Under the pieces are notes generated by a model that saw nothing but the letters and a program-made list of their open reading frames with translations, did no database searches and was not told the origin of the DNA. A DNA stretch of 64,000 nucleotides from Candidatus Saccharimonadota bacterium (GTDB taxonomy: Bacteria > Patescibacteriota > Saccharimonadia > Saccharimonadales > SZUA-47): NCBI GenBank assembly GCA_016700315.1, contig CP065013.1, positions 65,449 through 129,448 on the forward strand, given 5' to 3'. Below are positions 42,245 through 51,510 of the stretch, piece by piece. The first letter of the stretch is position 1. Every line of letters begins with the position of its first letter. The translations under genes and the position numbers were made by a program.

Positions 42245-43759
42245 CTAAAATTTCAGTTCTGAGTAGATAGACTTTGTTACGTCGTCTATTTCGTGGCGCA
42301 TTTGTGGGAACGGCACACCCTCACGGGCCGAAACACCTTCAAAAATCCAAAAAACACGTTCAGAAAAGCCAAGCCCACAAGTTGGCGGCATGCCATATTC
42401 GAGCATTTCGACGTAATCAATATCAAGCATTTGAGCTTCTGCATCGCCGCTGGCGCGCATCGCTTCTTGTTCTAGGAAGCGATTTAACTGATCAATTGGG
42501 TCATTAAGCTCAGAATAGCCGTTGCACAATTCGCTGCCAGCAATCACTGCCTGAAAACGCTGCACAGTATCGGGATTTTCAAGATTAGTTTTTGCAAGCG
42601 GACTAATAAATAACGGCGTATTGATTAGCCAAGCTGGCCCCGCCACACCTGCCCTGATTCGTTTCCAAAGCTTGTCGATAGACCGCGGAATATTATCGGT
42701 TTTTTCGACCTCAAGTTTGTGTTCTTTTAATGCTTTTTGGACCTGCTCCAACGTACAATCAAAAACATCTATACCGTACTCGGCTTTGATAACACTTGCG
42801 TAATCGAGTTTGGCCCATGGTTTTGCAAAATCGACCTCGAAACCACGAAGGTTGAACTTCTTGGTTCCAAAAGTTTTTTCTAGCACAAAGCTAAACATGT
42901 CTTCCATCAGCTGCATACCATCTTGCCAGCTAGCGTAAGCCCAATACCATTCCATTGCGATATGCTCTGGCAGATGCTCTTCTGTATAATTTTCGTTTCT
43001 AAAACGCGGCCCGATATCGTAGACTTTTTCGTAACCGCCGCCTATCAATCTTTTAAGTGGCAGCTCATGACTAATGCGTAAATAAAAATCCTGATCCAGC
43101 GCATCCATGTGAGTAACAAATGGGTTCGCGTCAGCCCCGCCAGTTGTGTGCTCAAGTACTGGGATGTTTACTTCCAAAAACCCACGCTCATTCATAAAAT
43201 CTCTGGTAGCCTGCCAAAACTTACTACGCCTAATGTATCGCTGTTTTACTTCATCATTGACATTGGTATCTATGTATCTACGACGTAGGCGCTGTTCTTT
43301 GTCAGTAAAACCCTCCTGACGTGTTGGCATCGGCCTCAAAGCTTTGGAAAGCAAGCGCATAGTTTTTACTTCGACCGATATTTCGCCGGTCTGGGTTCTA
43401 ACCACTTCGCCTCTAGCCTCAACGAAATCGCCACTGTCGAGCAGTGGTAATTCTTCTGGCACTGCCAGCTCGCTATCAGCCCGTTTCGGGTTGCCAGATT
43501 GGTTATCCGCCTTAACAAAAAGCTGCAGTTCACCACTAGCATCTTTTATGACCACGAACGCTATTTTGCCAAACTTACGGATTGAGACTATGCGACCAAC
43601 CACACCGACCGTCGCACCTTCTAGCTGGTCGAAGTCATTCAATATCTGCCCTAAATTGTGTGTACGATTAGAATCTGCCGGGTATGGGTTTATGCCAAGC
43701 TTTCTCAGCTCTTCAAGTTTGCGCAGTCGCTCATCACGAAAATCTTTTAGTGTTGCCAT
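42245..43759 (-). CDS. lysS: lysine--tRNA ligase (class II)
   Basis: 504 aa with an N-terminal OB anticodon-binding domain and class II core motifs (FRNENYTEEHLPE, GLGFSERV). Confidence 0.9.
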   Translation of the reverse strand: MATLKDFRDERLRKLEELRKLGINPYPADSNRTHNLGQILNDFDQLEGATVGVVGRIVSIRKFGKIAFVVIKDASGELQLFVKADNQSGNPKRADSELAVPEELPLLDSGDFVEARGEVVRTQTGEISVEVKTMRLLSKALRPMPTRQEGFTDKEQRLRRRYIDTNVNDEVKQRYIRRSKFWQATRDFMNERGFLEVNIPVLEHTTGGADANPFVTHMDALDQDFYLRISHELPLKRLIGGGYEKVYDIGPRFRNENYTEEHLPEHIAMEWYWAYASWQDGMQLMEDMFSFVLEKTFGTKKFNLRGFEVDFAKPWAKLDYASVIKAEYGIDVFDCTLEQVQKALKEHKLEVEKTDNIPRSIDKLWKRIRAGVAGPAWLINTPLFISPLAKTNLENPDTVQRFQAVIAGSELCNGYSELNDPIDQLNRFLEQEAMRASGDAEAQMLDIDYVEMLEYGMPPTCGLGFSERVFWIFEGVSAREGVPFPQMRHEIDDVTKSIYSELKF

Positions 43760-43856
43760 ATGTAATTGATTATAGATTATAGATTATAGAATTCCGAATT
43801 TTGTGGGACCATTAAGTTGCACTGACCCAAATAGACATAAAATCTACCCGCAGCGA

Positions 43857-43960
43857 ACTACTACTAACTACTAACTACTAACTACTAACTACTAACTACT
43901 AACTACTAACTACTAACTACTAACTACTAACTACTAACTACTAACTACTAACTACTAACT
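43857..43960. repeat. (CTACTAA)14 perfect heptamer array abutting the greA stop codon
   Basis: I counted 14 consecutive perfect copies at 43861-43958, plus a degenerate copy on the lysS-proximal (low-coordinate) side. On the transcribed minus strand the unit is TTAGTAG. Confidence 0.95.
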
Positions 43961-44421
43961 TATGATATTTCAGCTACTTTGTAACTATCAATGCCTGCCG
44001 GCGTCTTGATTTCTACTTGGTCGCCAACTTTTTTACCGATTAATGCCTGGCCAATTGGCGATTCATCGCTAATTTTACCTTTAAGAGGGTCAGCTTCAAC
44101 TGTGCCTACTACCTGGAACTCTTTCGCCTTACCGTCGTCGCTCTTGAGCTTCACGTTACTACCCATGGCAACTTTGTTATCGCCTTTGGGTTTTGCAATC
44201 ACTTCAACATTTAGAAGTATATTTTCAATATCAGAAATTCTGCCTTCGGCTTTGTTCTGCTCTTCACGCGCTGAGCTATACTCAGCATTCTCGGCCAAAT
44301 CACCAAATTCACGAGCGGTCTTTATACGCTCGGCTACCGCCGTTCGCTGACTCTTAAGTAGTTCTAGCTCTTTCTCAAGTTCGGCCACCCCTTCTTTGGT
44401 CAAGTGAAACTGCTTTTTCAT
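43960..44421 (-). CDS. greA: transcription elongation factor GreA
   Basis: 153 aa. AREFGDLAENAEYSSAREEQ lies in the coiled-coil finger, followed by the C-terminal FKBP-like domain. Confidence 0.9.
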   Translation of the reverse strand: MKKQFHLTKEGVAELEKELELLKSQRTAVAERIKTAREFGDLAENAEYSSAREEQNKAEGRISDIENILLNVEVIAKPKGDNKVAMGSNVKLKSDDGKAKEFQVVGTVEADPLKGKISDESPIGQALIGKKVGDQVEIKTPAGIDSYKVAEIS

Positions 44422-44553
44422 GAAATAAAATATCCTTTTTAGGTTACTAGATTTATCTACCGTCGCTTGTTGGTTTTTGCCTGAACTTACTGGAGTTTCC
44501 TCCGCACATAACGCCCAACTAGTCTTTACTATACCAAGCTTAAAAGGACTTGG

Positions 44554-45801
44554 CTAGACTTTTATCGCCGCTACTAAATCTTCAATTTTGACCATTTGTA
44601 TGTCTGAGCTTGTTCTCTCTTTTAGCTCAACCGAACCCCCCGACAGTGTACGTTCGCTAATTACAACTCTGAAAGGGATGCCCAGCAAGTCGGCGTCAGC
44701 GAATTTTTCACCAGGGCGTTCATCTCTATCATCATAAAGCACCTCAATACCAGCATCTTCTAAATTATGATAGATTTCTTCGGCGGCTTTTGAGACCGAT
44801 TCTGCTTGCCCTACCGTTGCAAGATAGACCCTAAAAGGCGCTACTTCTGCTGGCCAAACAATGCCTTTTTCATCTGCAAATTTCTCAACAATCACTCCCA
44901 TAACTCTAGTAATACCTATACCGTAACTACCAATATAGAGCGATTTTCTGGTACCACTTGAATCGGTATAAAACAGTTCCATTTCATCCGTTTTCTGAGT
45001 ACCAAAATTAAAAATATTGCCGACCTCGGCTGTTTTTATAGGCTCTAACTCTTGCCGGTTTATCCCGAGCTCTTTGATGGCTTCGTCGATAACCTCTTCA
45101 TTGACTGCGATATTCTTCTCTCGATGAAGATAAATAACATCTTCGCCAGCACCACAGATAGTCTGGAATTCGTGGCTAAACTTAGTGAACGCGCCGCCAC
45201 TAGCGAAGGTCACATAAGTATCGCCGCCAAGCCCTAATCTTTCGTAGACCCTTTTATAAGCTTCGATAGTTTGATTGTAGTAATCGTCCAAATCTTCTGC
45301 AGATTCATGAAAACTGTACATGTCTTTCATGACAAACTCACGACCACGCATAATGCCGCTTTTGGCTCTCAGTTCATTGCGTAGTTTGGTTTGGAACTGA
45401 TATAAGCTTGCAGGCAAATCTTTGTAGCTATGTATGTGCTGCTTCATCATTTCCACAATTGGTTCCTCGTGACTCCAGCCCAGACCAAGCTCTATGCCGT
45501 CTTGCATTTTGGTTTTGAACCAAACATCGACCACTTTATCATCCCAGCGGCCAGTTTTCTCCCATATTTCTCTGCGTTGCAGACTACTCATAATGACTTC
45601 TTGGCTACGAACTTTGTTCATTTCCTCGCGGACAACTTGCTTGATCTTTTCTATTACTCTAAGTCCCAGCGGTAAATAATCGTAGACTCCGGCCATTTCC
45701 TTAAAAACATAGCCTGCTCGAATTAATAATTGGGCATTCTTTGCGACTTCGTCGGCTGGCGCCGTTTTGGAAGTGCGAGTAAATAATTCACTTCGTCTCA
45801 T
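44554..45801 (-). CDS. proS: proline--tRNA ligase (short form without the INS editing domain)
   Basis: 415 aa. RAGYVFKEMAGVYDYLPLGLRV, FRNELRAKSGIMRGREFVMKDMYSF and an anticodon-binding C-terminus are present. Confidence 0.9.
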   Translation of the reverse strand: MRRSELFTRTSKTAPADEVAKNAQLLIRAGYVFKEMAGVYDYLPLGLRVIEKIKQVVREEMNKVRSQEVIMSSLQRREIWEKTGRWDDKVVDVWFKTKMQDGIELGLGWSHEEPIVEMMKQHIHSYKDLPASLYQFQTKLRNELRAKSGIMRGREFVMKDMYSFHESAEDLDDYYNQTIEAYKRVYERLGLGGDTYVTFASGGAFTKFSHEFQTICGAGEDVIYLHREKNIAVNEEVIDEAIKELGINRQELEPIKTAEVGNIFNFGTQKTDEMELFYTDSSGTRKSLYIGSYGIGITRVMGVIVEKFADEKGIVWPAEVAPFRVYLATVGQAESVSKAAEEIYHNLEDAGIEVLYDDRDERPGEKFADADLLGIPFRVVISERTLSGGSVELKERTSSDIQMVKIEDLVAAIKV

Positions 45802-45813
45802 ATAAGTGTTATT

Positions 45814-46605
45814 TTACTTTACGAGAAAGAGAAACACAAAGGCTAGCGAGTTCTTTAGAGCGTGTAGCATAATCGGGGCTGTTATAGTCCCAGTTCTTTT
45901 ATACAGCTTAATCAAGAAGACAGACAGAATCGCCGTGTCAATCCCGGCCGCCCAGTTGAGCGGCTTTCCGCCAATAAACTCTAGATGAGCCGCTCCAAAA
46001 AGTAAGGTAGTTATAGTTGCGGCAATTAGATAGCCAACGTACCGATTTAGCCCCTTAAAAAGCAGACCTCTAAACATTAGCTCCTCACCGATTGGCACAG
46101 CCACACATAGCGCAAGAAAAACAATTGATAATTGCCAGCCTGCCGCATTCTTAAATCCTATGTCTTGCTCCATTTCGGTATCAACTCTGGGTAGAGTCTG
46201 GCTTATTAGTAACATTGCGGCCCACGAAACCAGTAGATAAAGGAGAAAAACTTTTACTACTTTCCACAATAGCGATAACGTAGGTTTCTGAAGATTAAAA
46301 ACAGTTTTTAGCTTACGATCATAGAATTGCACCATAACCCAGACACCTGCAACAACTAATGCTTCAATCATTAGTACGAGAACAAACTGCGTCAGTATAG
46401 AATCAGTTAGTAGATTTTCAATTTTTGCAGCGTCAAACCCACCGGCAGCACTTAGAAATATTCCTAACAATATCATTGCCAGAAACTGTGCACCTACAAA
46501 TATCGCAGCGCTACCAGTTACAACTTTTAATGACTCAGTTAGCTTTTTAAGTAGTGAGAAAGTACCCTGCTGCGGATTCTTTTTTTTAGAGGTTGTGATA
46601 GACAT
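45814..46605 (-). CDS. CPBP family intramembrane glutamic endopeptidase
   Basis: 263 aa, polytopic, with the motifs PIGEELMFRG and FGAAH. Confidence 0.75.
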   Translation of the reverse strand: MSITTSKKKNPQQGTFSLLKKLTESLKVVTGSAAIFVGAQFLAMILLGIFLSAAGGFDAAKIENLLTDSILTQFVLVLMIEALVVAGVWVMVQFYDRKLKTVFNLQKPTLSLLWKVVKVFLLYLLVSWAAMLLISQTLPRVDTEMEQDIGFKNAAGWQLSIVFLALCVAVPIGEELMFRGLLFKGLNRYVGYLIAATITTLLFGAAHLEFIGGKPLNWAAGIDTAILSVFLIKLYKRTGTITAPIMLHALKNSLAFVFLFLVK

Positions 46606-47744
46606 TAGTAAAACCGTTTTACGTCGACAATAGTTATAAGAATGAACAATAACATAAGGATTGCAAAACCAGTACCATGAATTCTCTCTTCGGTCTCTTT
46701 ACTCAGAGGTCTTTTGGCGTAACGAAACAGCATCATCACAAATAACCTACCACCATCGAGCGCCGGTATCGGCAGCACGTTCATAATCGCCAGCGTCAGA
46801 GAGATTACGGCAATGATCACTAGCAAAAAGTTTATTCCCAGCCTACTGCCCTCTTGAAGAATCTTAAAAATTCCTAACGGTCCTGAAACTTGCTCGCTAG
46901 CCGTTGTCGTGTCTCCTTTGACCAGACTACTTAGCGCCCTTCCTATACCCTTAAAAGTCTCCTTGGTGATCTGGTAACTCAAAACCACACCTTGGATCGG
47001 CGCGCTCCAAGTGCTACGAGTCTGCGTAAACTCGCTTGGTAAAACTCCCATGAATCCTTTGGGGTTATCGGTGCTATTGCTAGCTTCAACTTCTTCATTG
47101 GAGCGCAAATTTACGCTTGCGGTTTTTATAGTTCGATCACGTTCGTATTCGACAGTTATAGTTTTGCCGGCATTACTGCTAGTAGCGGCTCTCAGGCCAT
47201 CGGCAGAACTAAAAAGTTTGCAGGTCTGGGCCTCCGAACAATCATCGCTGCTGTATCTTAGCAGCCTATCTCCAACCCTTAAGCCCGCGCTGCTAGCCGG
47301 GCTGTCGGGCTCAATATAACCGACATACACGTCATTTCGAACAATTTTTGTGTCCGATTTTATACTAAATTGATGTGGGATTAACTTCGGTAACCCCGTC
47401 ATCGCTAGCAAGGTAAAGAGGCTAATCGCAACCACTAAATTCATTACCACGCCGGCCAGCATAATCCGAATCTTATCGGCATCACTTGCCGCGCCGAAAC
47501 TCCCCTTACTGCGGTCGGCATCGTGCTCGCCTTTGAGTTTTACAAAACCGCCTAGTGGCAACAAATTAACACTCAAAAGCATGCCGCTTTTGAGTTTTTT
47601 GCCCCAAATTCGTGGTGGAAAGCCTAGACCAAATTCTTCAACATCAACTCCACTAGAACGAGCGGCTTTGTAGTGTCCCCACTCGTGCACCAACACCAAA
47701 CAGATGAAAAGCACCAACCCCAAAATGATTAGAAACAATGACAT
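46605..47744 (-). CDS. rseP: RIP site-2 metalloprotease RseP (M50) with PDZ domain
   Basis: 379 aa with HEWGHY (HExxH), a PDZ domain (DSPASSAGLRVGDRLL) and a C-terminal NVLPIPALDGG. Confidence 0.85.
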   Translation of the reverse strand: MSLFLIILGLVLFICLVLVHEWGHYKAARSSGVDVEEFGLGFPPRIWGKKLKSGMLLSVNLLPLGGFVKLKGEHDADRSKGSFGAASDADKIRIMLAGVVMNLVVAISLFTLLAMTGLPKLIPHQFSIKSDTKIVRNDVYVGYIEPDSPASSAGLRVGDRLLRYSSDDCSEAQTCKLFSSADGLRAATSSNAGKTITVEYERDRTIKTASVNLRSNEEVEASNSTDNPKGFMGVLPSEFTQTRSTWSAPIQGVVLSYQITKETFKGIGRALSSLVKGDTTTASEQVSGPLGIFKILQEGSRLGINFLLVIIAVISLTLAIMNVLPIPALDGGRLFVMMLFRYAKRPLSKETEERIHGTGFAILMLLFILITIVDVKRFY

Positions 47745-47781
47745 TAGCTACAGTATACATTAGCTAACTCGCTGATTGTAG

Positions 47782-48030
47782 CTAAAAATTACGATACGTT
47801 TGATCGTCTCGTCTGGAGAGCTCTAAAATAATGACAGTGCCTGTTGTTTTCTTGCTAAAAATAATTCGAATTTGGCCTTTTCGAACTCTATAAATATCTT
47901 TGTGGCCTTTTAAAGGTTTTACGTCAAGATTGTCCAACTGATCATTACGAATGTCTAGAAGCAAAGACTCGAAAAGTTCAAATTCTTTGCGGGATAGTTT
48001 ATTTAGAAACTTTTCGATCTTATCGGCCAT
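47782..48030 (-). CDS. RelE/ParE family toxin
   Basis: I start at the internal ATG (MADKIEKFLNKL), 82 aa. LKGHKDIYRVRKGQIRIIFSKK...ILELSRRDDQTY matches the RelE pattern. It overlaps the antitoxin gene by 11 nt. Confidence 0.7.
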   Translation of the reverse strand: MADKIEKFLNKLSRKEFELFESLLLDIRNDQLDNLDVKPLKGHKDIYRVRKGQIRIIFSKKTTGTVIILELSRRDDQTYRNF

Positions 48031-48298
48031 ACTTATCAGGATTATCTCGCTTGACCTTTTCCATAGCACCCAATATATCTTTGATCTCCACACCTTCGTG
48101 GTTGACCTTGGTAAAATCTATTACTGTTTGCCAGACTTCTTCCTCGACAGGCACAATACGAAAAACTGCTTCGCTTTTTCGCCGCACCAAATAACTTTGG
48201 CCACTTCGAACTGCCTCAACAACCTCGTCTGCATTTAGCCTTAGCTGTCTTAAGCCTATTTCTCGTACTTTTTTTGGGTTAGATTCAATAATTTTCAT
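48020..48298 (-). CDS. Phd/YefM-like antitoxin
   Basis: 92 aa, immediately upstream of and overlapping the RelE-like gene. Confidence 0.6.
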   Translation of the reverse strand: MKIIESNPKKVREIGLRQLRLNADEVVEAVRSGQSYLVRRKSEAVFRIVPVEEEVWQTVIDFTKVNHEGVEIKDILGAMEKVKRDNPDKYGR

Positions 48299-48305
48299 AT
48301 CCTAA

Positions 48306-48327
48306 GTTTAACAAATGTTTAACAAAT
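48306..48327. promoter_or_regulatory. 2 x 11-nt direct repeat just upstream of the antitoxin start (possible operator)
   Basis: gtttaacaaat gtttaacaaat on the + strand, which is ATTTGTTAAAC x2 on the coding strand. It lies 8 nt from the start codon. Confidence 0.3.
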
Positions 48328-48384
48328 CTGTCAAATTACTAGTTTATCTTACTTTAGAATTTAGGATTTAGTACTTAGAATTTA

Positions 48385-48948
48385 CTAAAGTGTCATTATT
48401 TCTTGCTCTCTGGCTTTGGCTACCGACTCAATTTCGGCTTTGACCTTTGCCATAGCTTCGTCGATCTGCTTTTCTAGTCGGGCTACGTCATCTTTACTTG
48501 CAAGCTTATCTTTTTCGGCTTGAGTAATTTTACTCCTAGCTTCGTGTCGGGCGTTGCGCATAGCAATCATGCTCTCCTCAAGCTTTTCATGGAGCTGCTT
48601 AACGATTTGGGCGCGGCGTTCAGTTGTGAGCGGCGGTATCTGCAGGCGTATCACATGACCATCGTCCGAGGGGTTCAAGCCCAGACTCTGGTTGTCACGA
48701 ATTGCTTGAGAGATGGCACTCAGGTTACTTGGGTCAAAAGGAGAAATTTGAATCAGCTGAGCCTCAGGAGTAGTAATAGTAGCCAGCTGAACCAGTGGCA
48801 TTGGCGTGCCGTAGGCTAGCGCAGTGACACCCTCAACCATGCTCGGGTGGGCCCGGCCAGTACGAAGCTTCTTGGCCTCGTCCTCAAAACGTTCACGAGC
48901 TTTGTCGAACTCTTTTTTGGCTGTTTCTAGATAAGAATTTGGGTTCAT
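48385..48948 (-). CDS. frr: ribosome recycling factor
   Basis: 187 aa. GRAHPSMVEGV ... IRLQIPPLTEERR-type sequence (here IRLQIPPLTTERR). Confidence 0.9.
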   Translation of the reverse strand: MNPNSYLETAKKEFDKARERFEDEAKKLRTGRAHPSMVEGVTALAYGTPMPLVQLATITTPEAQLIQISPFDPSNLSAISQAIRDNQSLGLNPSDDGHVIRLQIPPLTTERRAQIVKQLHEKLEESMIAMRNARHEARSKITQAEKDKLASKDDVARLEKQIDEAMAKVKAEIESVAKAREQEIMTL

Positions 48949-48987
48949 TGATTCTCCCTTTAGTTTTACTAACTCATTATACGCCTT

Positions 48988-49746
48988 TTAGAGCGTGAAT
49001 TTGGTACCGATTTGGCCTTTTTCGGCTTCGGCTAATGCATAGGGTTCTTCGGCAGAGGCCACGTAAAGCGCCTTTTGCGGAGCATCAAGAAAGAGCCTTG
49101 CAGCTTCGAGCTTGGTTGTCATACCGCCTACGGCTTGCGGATCATTAGTTGGTTGGCAAACATCCTCCACCCCAACAAAGTTCGCTAAACTTATGTCTTT
49201 GATCCGAGTCTGATTGCTTGGATAATCGCTAAAAACCGCCCCCGCAGTACCAAGCAAATGGACACTTCCGGCGCCCACCGCTAATCCAACTCTTGCAGCA
49301 AGCTGGTCATTGTCGCCCAACTTTATCTCATCTGCCGCAACAGAGTCGTTTTCGTTGACGATAGGCACTATACCCTGCTTTATCATGCCCAGTAACACGC
49401 CTTTTACCATGGGATCGTTTCTCTTGCTACCCACTTTTAGCTCCTGCGGTGTGACCAAAACTTGACCAACACGTCTGCCAAATAAGGTAAAGGCTTTTGC
49501 CCATTCGGCCATCAGCAGCGGCTGGCCGACGCTAGCCTGAACTTGCGAACCGTGCACGTCGGCTCGATCAATTGACTGCCCCAAAGCTACTGCCCCGAAA
49601 GCAATCGCTCCGGACGAAACCAGAATATGCGTTTTGCCAAGGTTCTGATCATCAAAAATCTGCGCGGCAATGGATTCAAAGATTTGCAGCCTGGGCTTTT
49701 CACCGTTATGCAGACTACTAGAACCAAGTTTAATTACTTTTAGCAT
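48988..49746 (-). CDS. proB: glutamate 5-kinase-like amino-acid-kinase family protein (no PUA domain)
   Basis: I start at the ATG at 49746 (MLKVIKLGSSSL). LVSSGAIAFG, SVGQPLLM, IVPIVNENDSVAADEIKLGDNDQLAA and VGGMTTKLEAA track E. coli ProB motifs. The PyrH motif GGGN.fRG is absent. Confidence 0.7.
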   Translation of the reverse strand: MLKVIKLGSSSLHNGEKPRLQIFESIAAQIFDDQNLGKTHILVSSGAIAFGAVALGQSIDRADVHGSQVQASVGQPLLMAEWAKAFTLFGRRVGQVLVTPQELKVGSKRNDPMVKGVLLGMIKQGIVPIVNENDSVAADEIKLGDNDQLAARVGLAVGAGSVHLLGTAGAVFSDYPSNQTRIKDISLANFVGVEDVCQPTNDPQAVGGMTTKLEAARLFLDAPQKALYVASAEEPYALAEAEKGQIGTKFTL

Positions 49747-49945
49747 GATTATTGTTTTGATTAGCCTGTAGCACAAGCGAGCCTACTGCGCCAATGAACG
49801 GCCTACCCAAATCAACCTTAGGTAAGTGCGCTCTTTTTGCCGCTTCTGGGTCGTGTTCCCACGTATACCTGACATACCCTCGCCAGACTTCATCTGGGTT
49901 ACGCAAAGGCACGTCCATAGTAAATCCTGGCCTAAAACTAGACAT
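49730..49945 (-). CDS. hypothetical small protein
   Basis: 71-aa ORF starting 4 nt after the tsf stop. It overlaps the ProB-like start by 17 nt. No recognised family. Confidence 0.3.
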   Translation of the reverse strand: MSSFRPGFTMDVPLRNPDEVWRGYVRYTWEHDPEAAKRAHLPKVDLGRPFIGAVGSLVLQANQNNNHAKSN

Positions 49946-49948
49946 AAT

Positions 49949-50545
49949 TTATGCAACTTCGCCTAACTGCAAACGACTAAAACGACGCACAACAATGTTT
50001 TCACCGAGCTGAGCATTGGCTTCTTTAACAACATCACCAACCGTAATATCGGGGTTTTTGACAAATGGTTGGTCAAGAAGACAACGCTCTGCATAATGCT
50101 TTTTGAGCATTCCCTCGACAATCATGTCAGCCTTGTCGGCTGGCTTGCCTTCAGTAATTACCTTTTCCTTAAACTCATGCGCTTGCTTTGCGCGCTCTTC
50201 GGCTGGCACATCGTCTATACTCACGTACATCGGTGCACTGGCAGCGATATGGAGGCAAATGTCTTTTACAAGGTCGGTGAACTTTTCGTTGCGGGCAACA
50301 AAGTCTGTTTCACAGTTTACTTCTGCGAGCACCCCAATGCGGTTGTCGTGAACGTAGCTGCCGATCAAGCCAGCACGTGCTTCACGCTCACCGCGCTTTT
50401 CGGCTTTGGTCATGCCTTTTTTGCGCATTGCTTCTAGAGCTTTGTCGAAATCACCGCCAGCTTCGGTTAGCGCCTGCTTTGCATCAGTTAAACCGACACC
50501 TGTTAGTTCTTTTAGTCTTTTGATTGTATCGATATCTACAGCCAT
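49949..50545 (-). CDS. tsf: translation elongation factor Ts (short form)
   Basis: 198 aa. The UBA-like N-terminus reads IKRLKELTGVGLTDAKQALTEAGGDFDKALEAMRKKG. Confidence 0.9.
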   Translation of the reverse strand: MAVDIDTIKRLKELTGVGLTDAKQALTEAGGDFDKALEAMRKKGMTKAEKRGEREARAGLIGSYVHDNRIGVLAEVNCETDFVARNEKFTDLVKDICLHIAASAPMYVSIDDVPAEERAKQAHEFKEKVITEGKPADKADMIVEGMLKKHYAERCLLDQPFVKNPDITVGDVVKEANAQLGENIVVRRFSRLQLGEVA

Positions 50546-50629
50546 AAAAAATCCTTTCAGTAAATTTTAGTTGTTGGTAGATAGAAGATGGTAGATGGTA
50601 GCTCTCAACTACCAAATACTAACTACTGC

Positions 50630-51379
50630 CTACTCTTTTGTTTCTTCCGCTTTGGCTTGCTTGTCCGCAGAAACTTCGTCGGAGTTTTTGGCGGATGCGC
50701 CCTGTCCTGCTTCTATAGCTTTTTTGACTTCGTCAAGTATAAGTTTAACGGCCTTTAGCGAGTCGTCGTTGCATGGAATTGGGTACTTTATATCTGAAGG
50801 ATCGGTGTTGGTATCAACTAGGGCCACGACAGGTATATTTAGTTTGTTCGCTTCAGCAACTGCATTTTTGTCGGCTAGAATGTCGAGCACAAAAACTACC
50901 CCCACTCTTGCAGCCATGTGTTTCACACCAAGATAAAGCTCGTTCATGGCGTCGATTTCCTCTTGGAAACGCTGTACTTCAAGCTTGTTGTATTTGTTTG
51001 CAAGCTCACCGCTCTCCATGCGTGCCTCTAGATCTTTGAGGTGCTTGACGCGTGCATTCATGGTATTGGCGTTAGTCAGCATGCCGCCCAACCAACGATT
51101 GGTAACATATGGCATTTTGGTAGACTGCGCAACCTCAAGTAGCGACTCTTGCATCTGCTTTTTGGTTGAGACTAGCAGCACCTGTTTACCGCTTGCAACT
51201 TCTTTTTCGATGAAGGCTAACGCCTCATCGAGCATTGGCACAGTCTTAGCAAGGTCAATAATATGAACTCCGCCACGCTTACTGTGAATATATTGTGCCA
51301 TTTTAGGGTGCCAACGGCTAGTTTTGTGGCCAAAATGTGCGCCGGCCTCAAATAGCGCTTTTATATCGACGTCTGACAT
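50630..51379 (-). CDS. rpsB: 30S ribosomal protein S2
   Basis: 249 aa. LFEAGAHFGHKTSRWHPKM and VTNRWLGGMLTN are present. The C-terminal tail is acidic and Lys-rich. Confidence 0.9.
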   Translation of the reverse strand: MSDVDIKALFEAGAHFGHKTSRWHPKMAQYIHSKRGGVHIIDLAKTVPMLDEALAFIEKEVASGKQVLLVSTKKQMQESLLEVAQSTKMPYVTNRWLGGMLTNANTMNARVKHLKDLEARMESGELANKYNKLEVQRFQEEIDAMNELYLGVKHMAARVGVVFVLDILADKNAVAEANKLNIPVVALVDTNTDPSDIKYPIPCNDDSLKAVKLILDEVKKAIEAGQGASAKNSDEVSADKQAKAEETKE

Positions 51380-51510
51380 CGTTATAAATCCTTTCTCTTC
51401 GGTTCGGTACTAGCCCGCTAAAAGCCTACATGACTCAAAGCAGGAGGATTAGTATTTACCGCCCTGTTTAGTTTATTACTAGGTTATTGTAACAGATAAA
51501 ACCTAGTACT

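Noticed and set aside
41965-42270. The 101-aa + strand ORF between the doc operon and lysS.
   Set aside because: It spans the nested-stem element and overlaps the lysS 3' end by 26 nt. It has no homology signal and an implausible composition.
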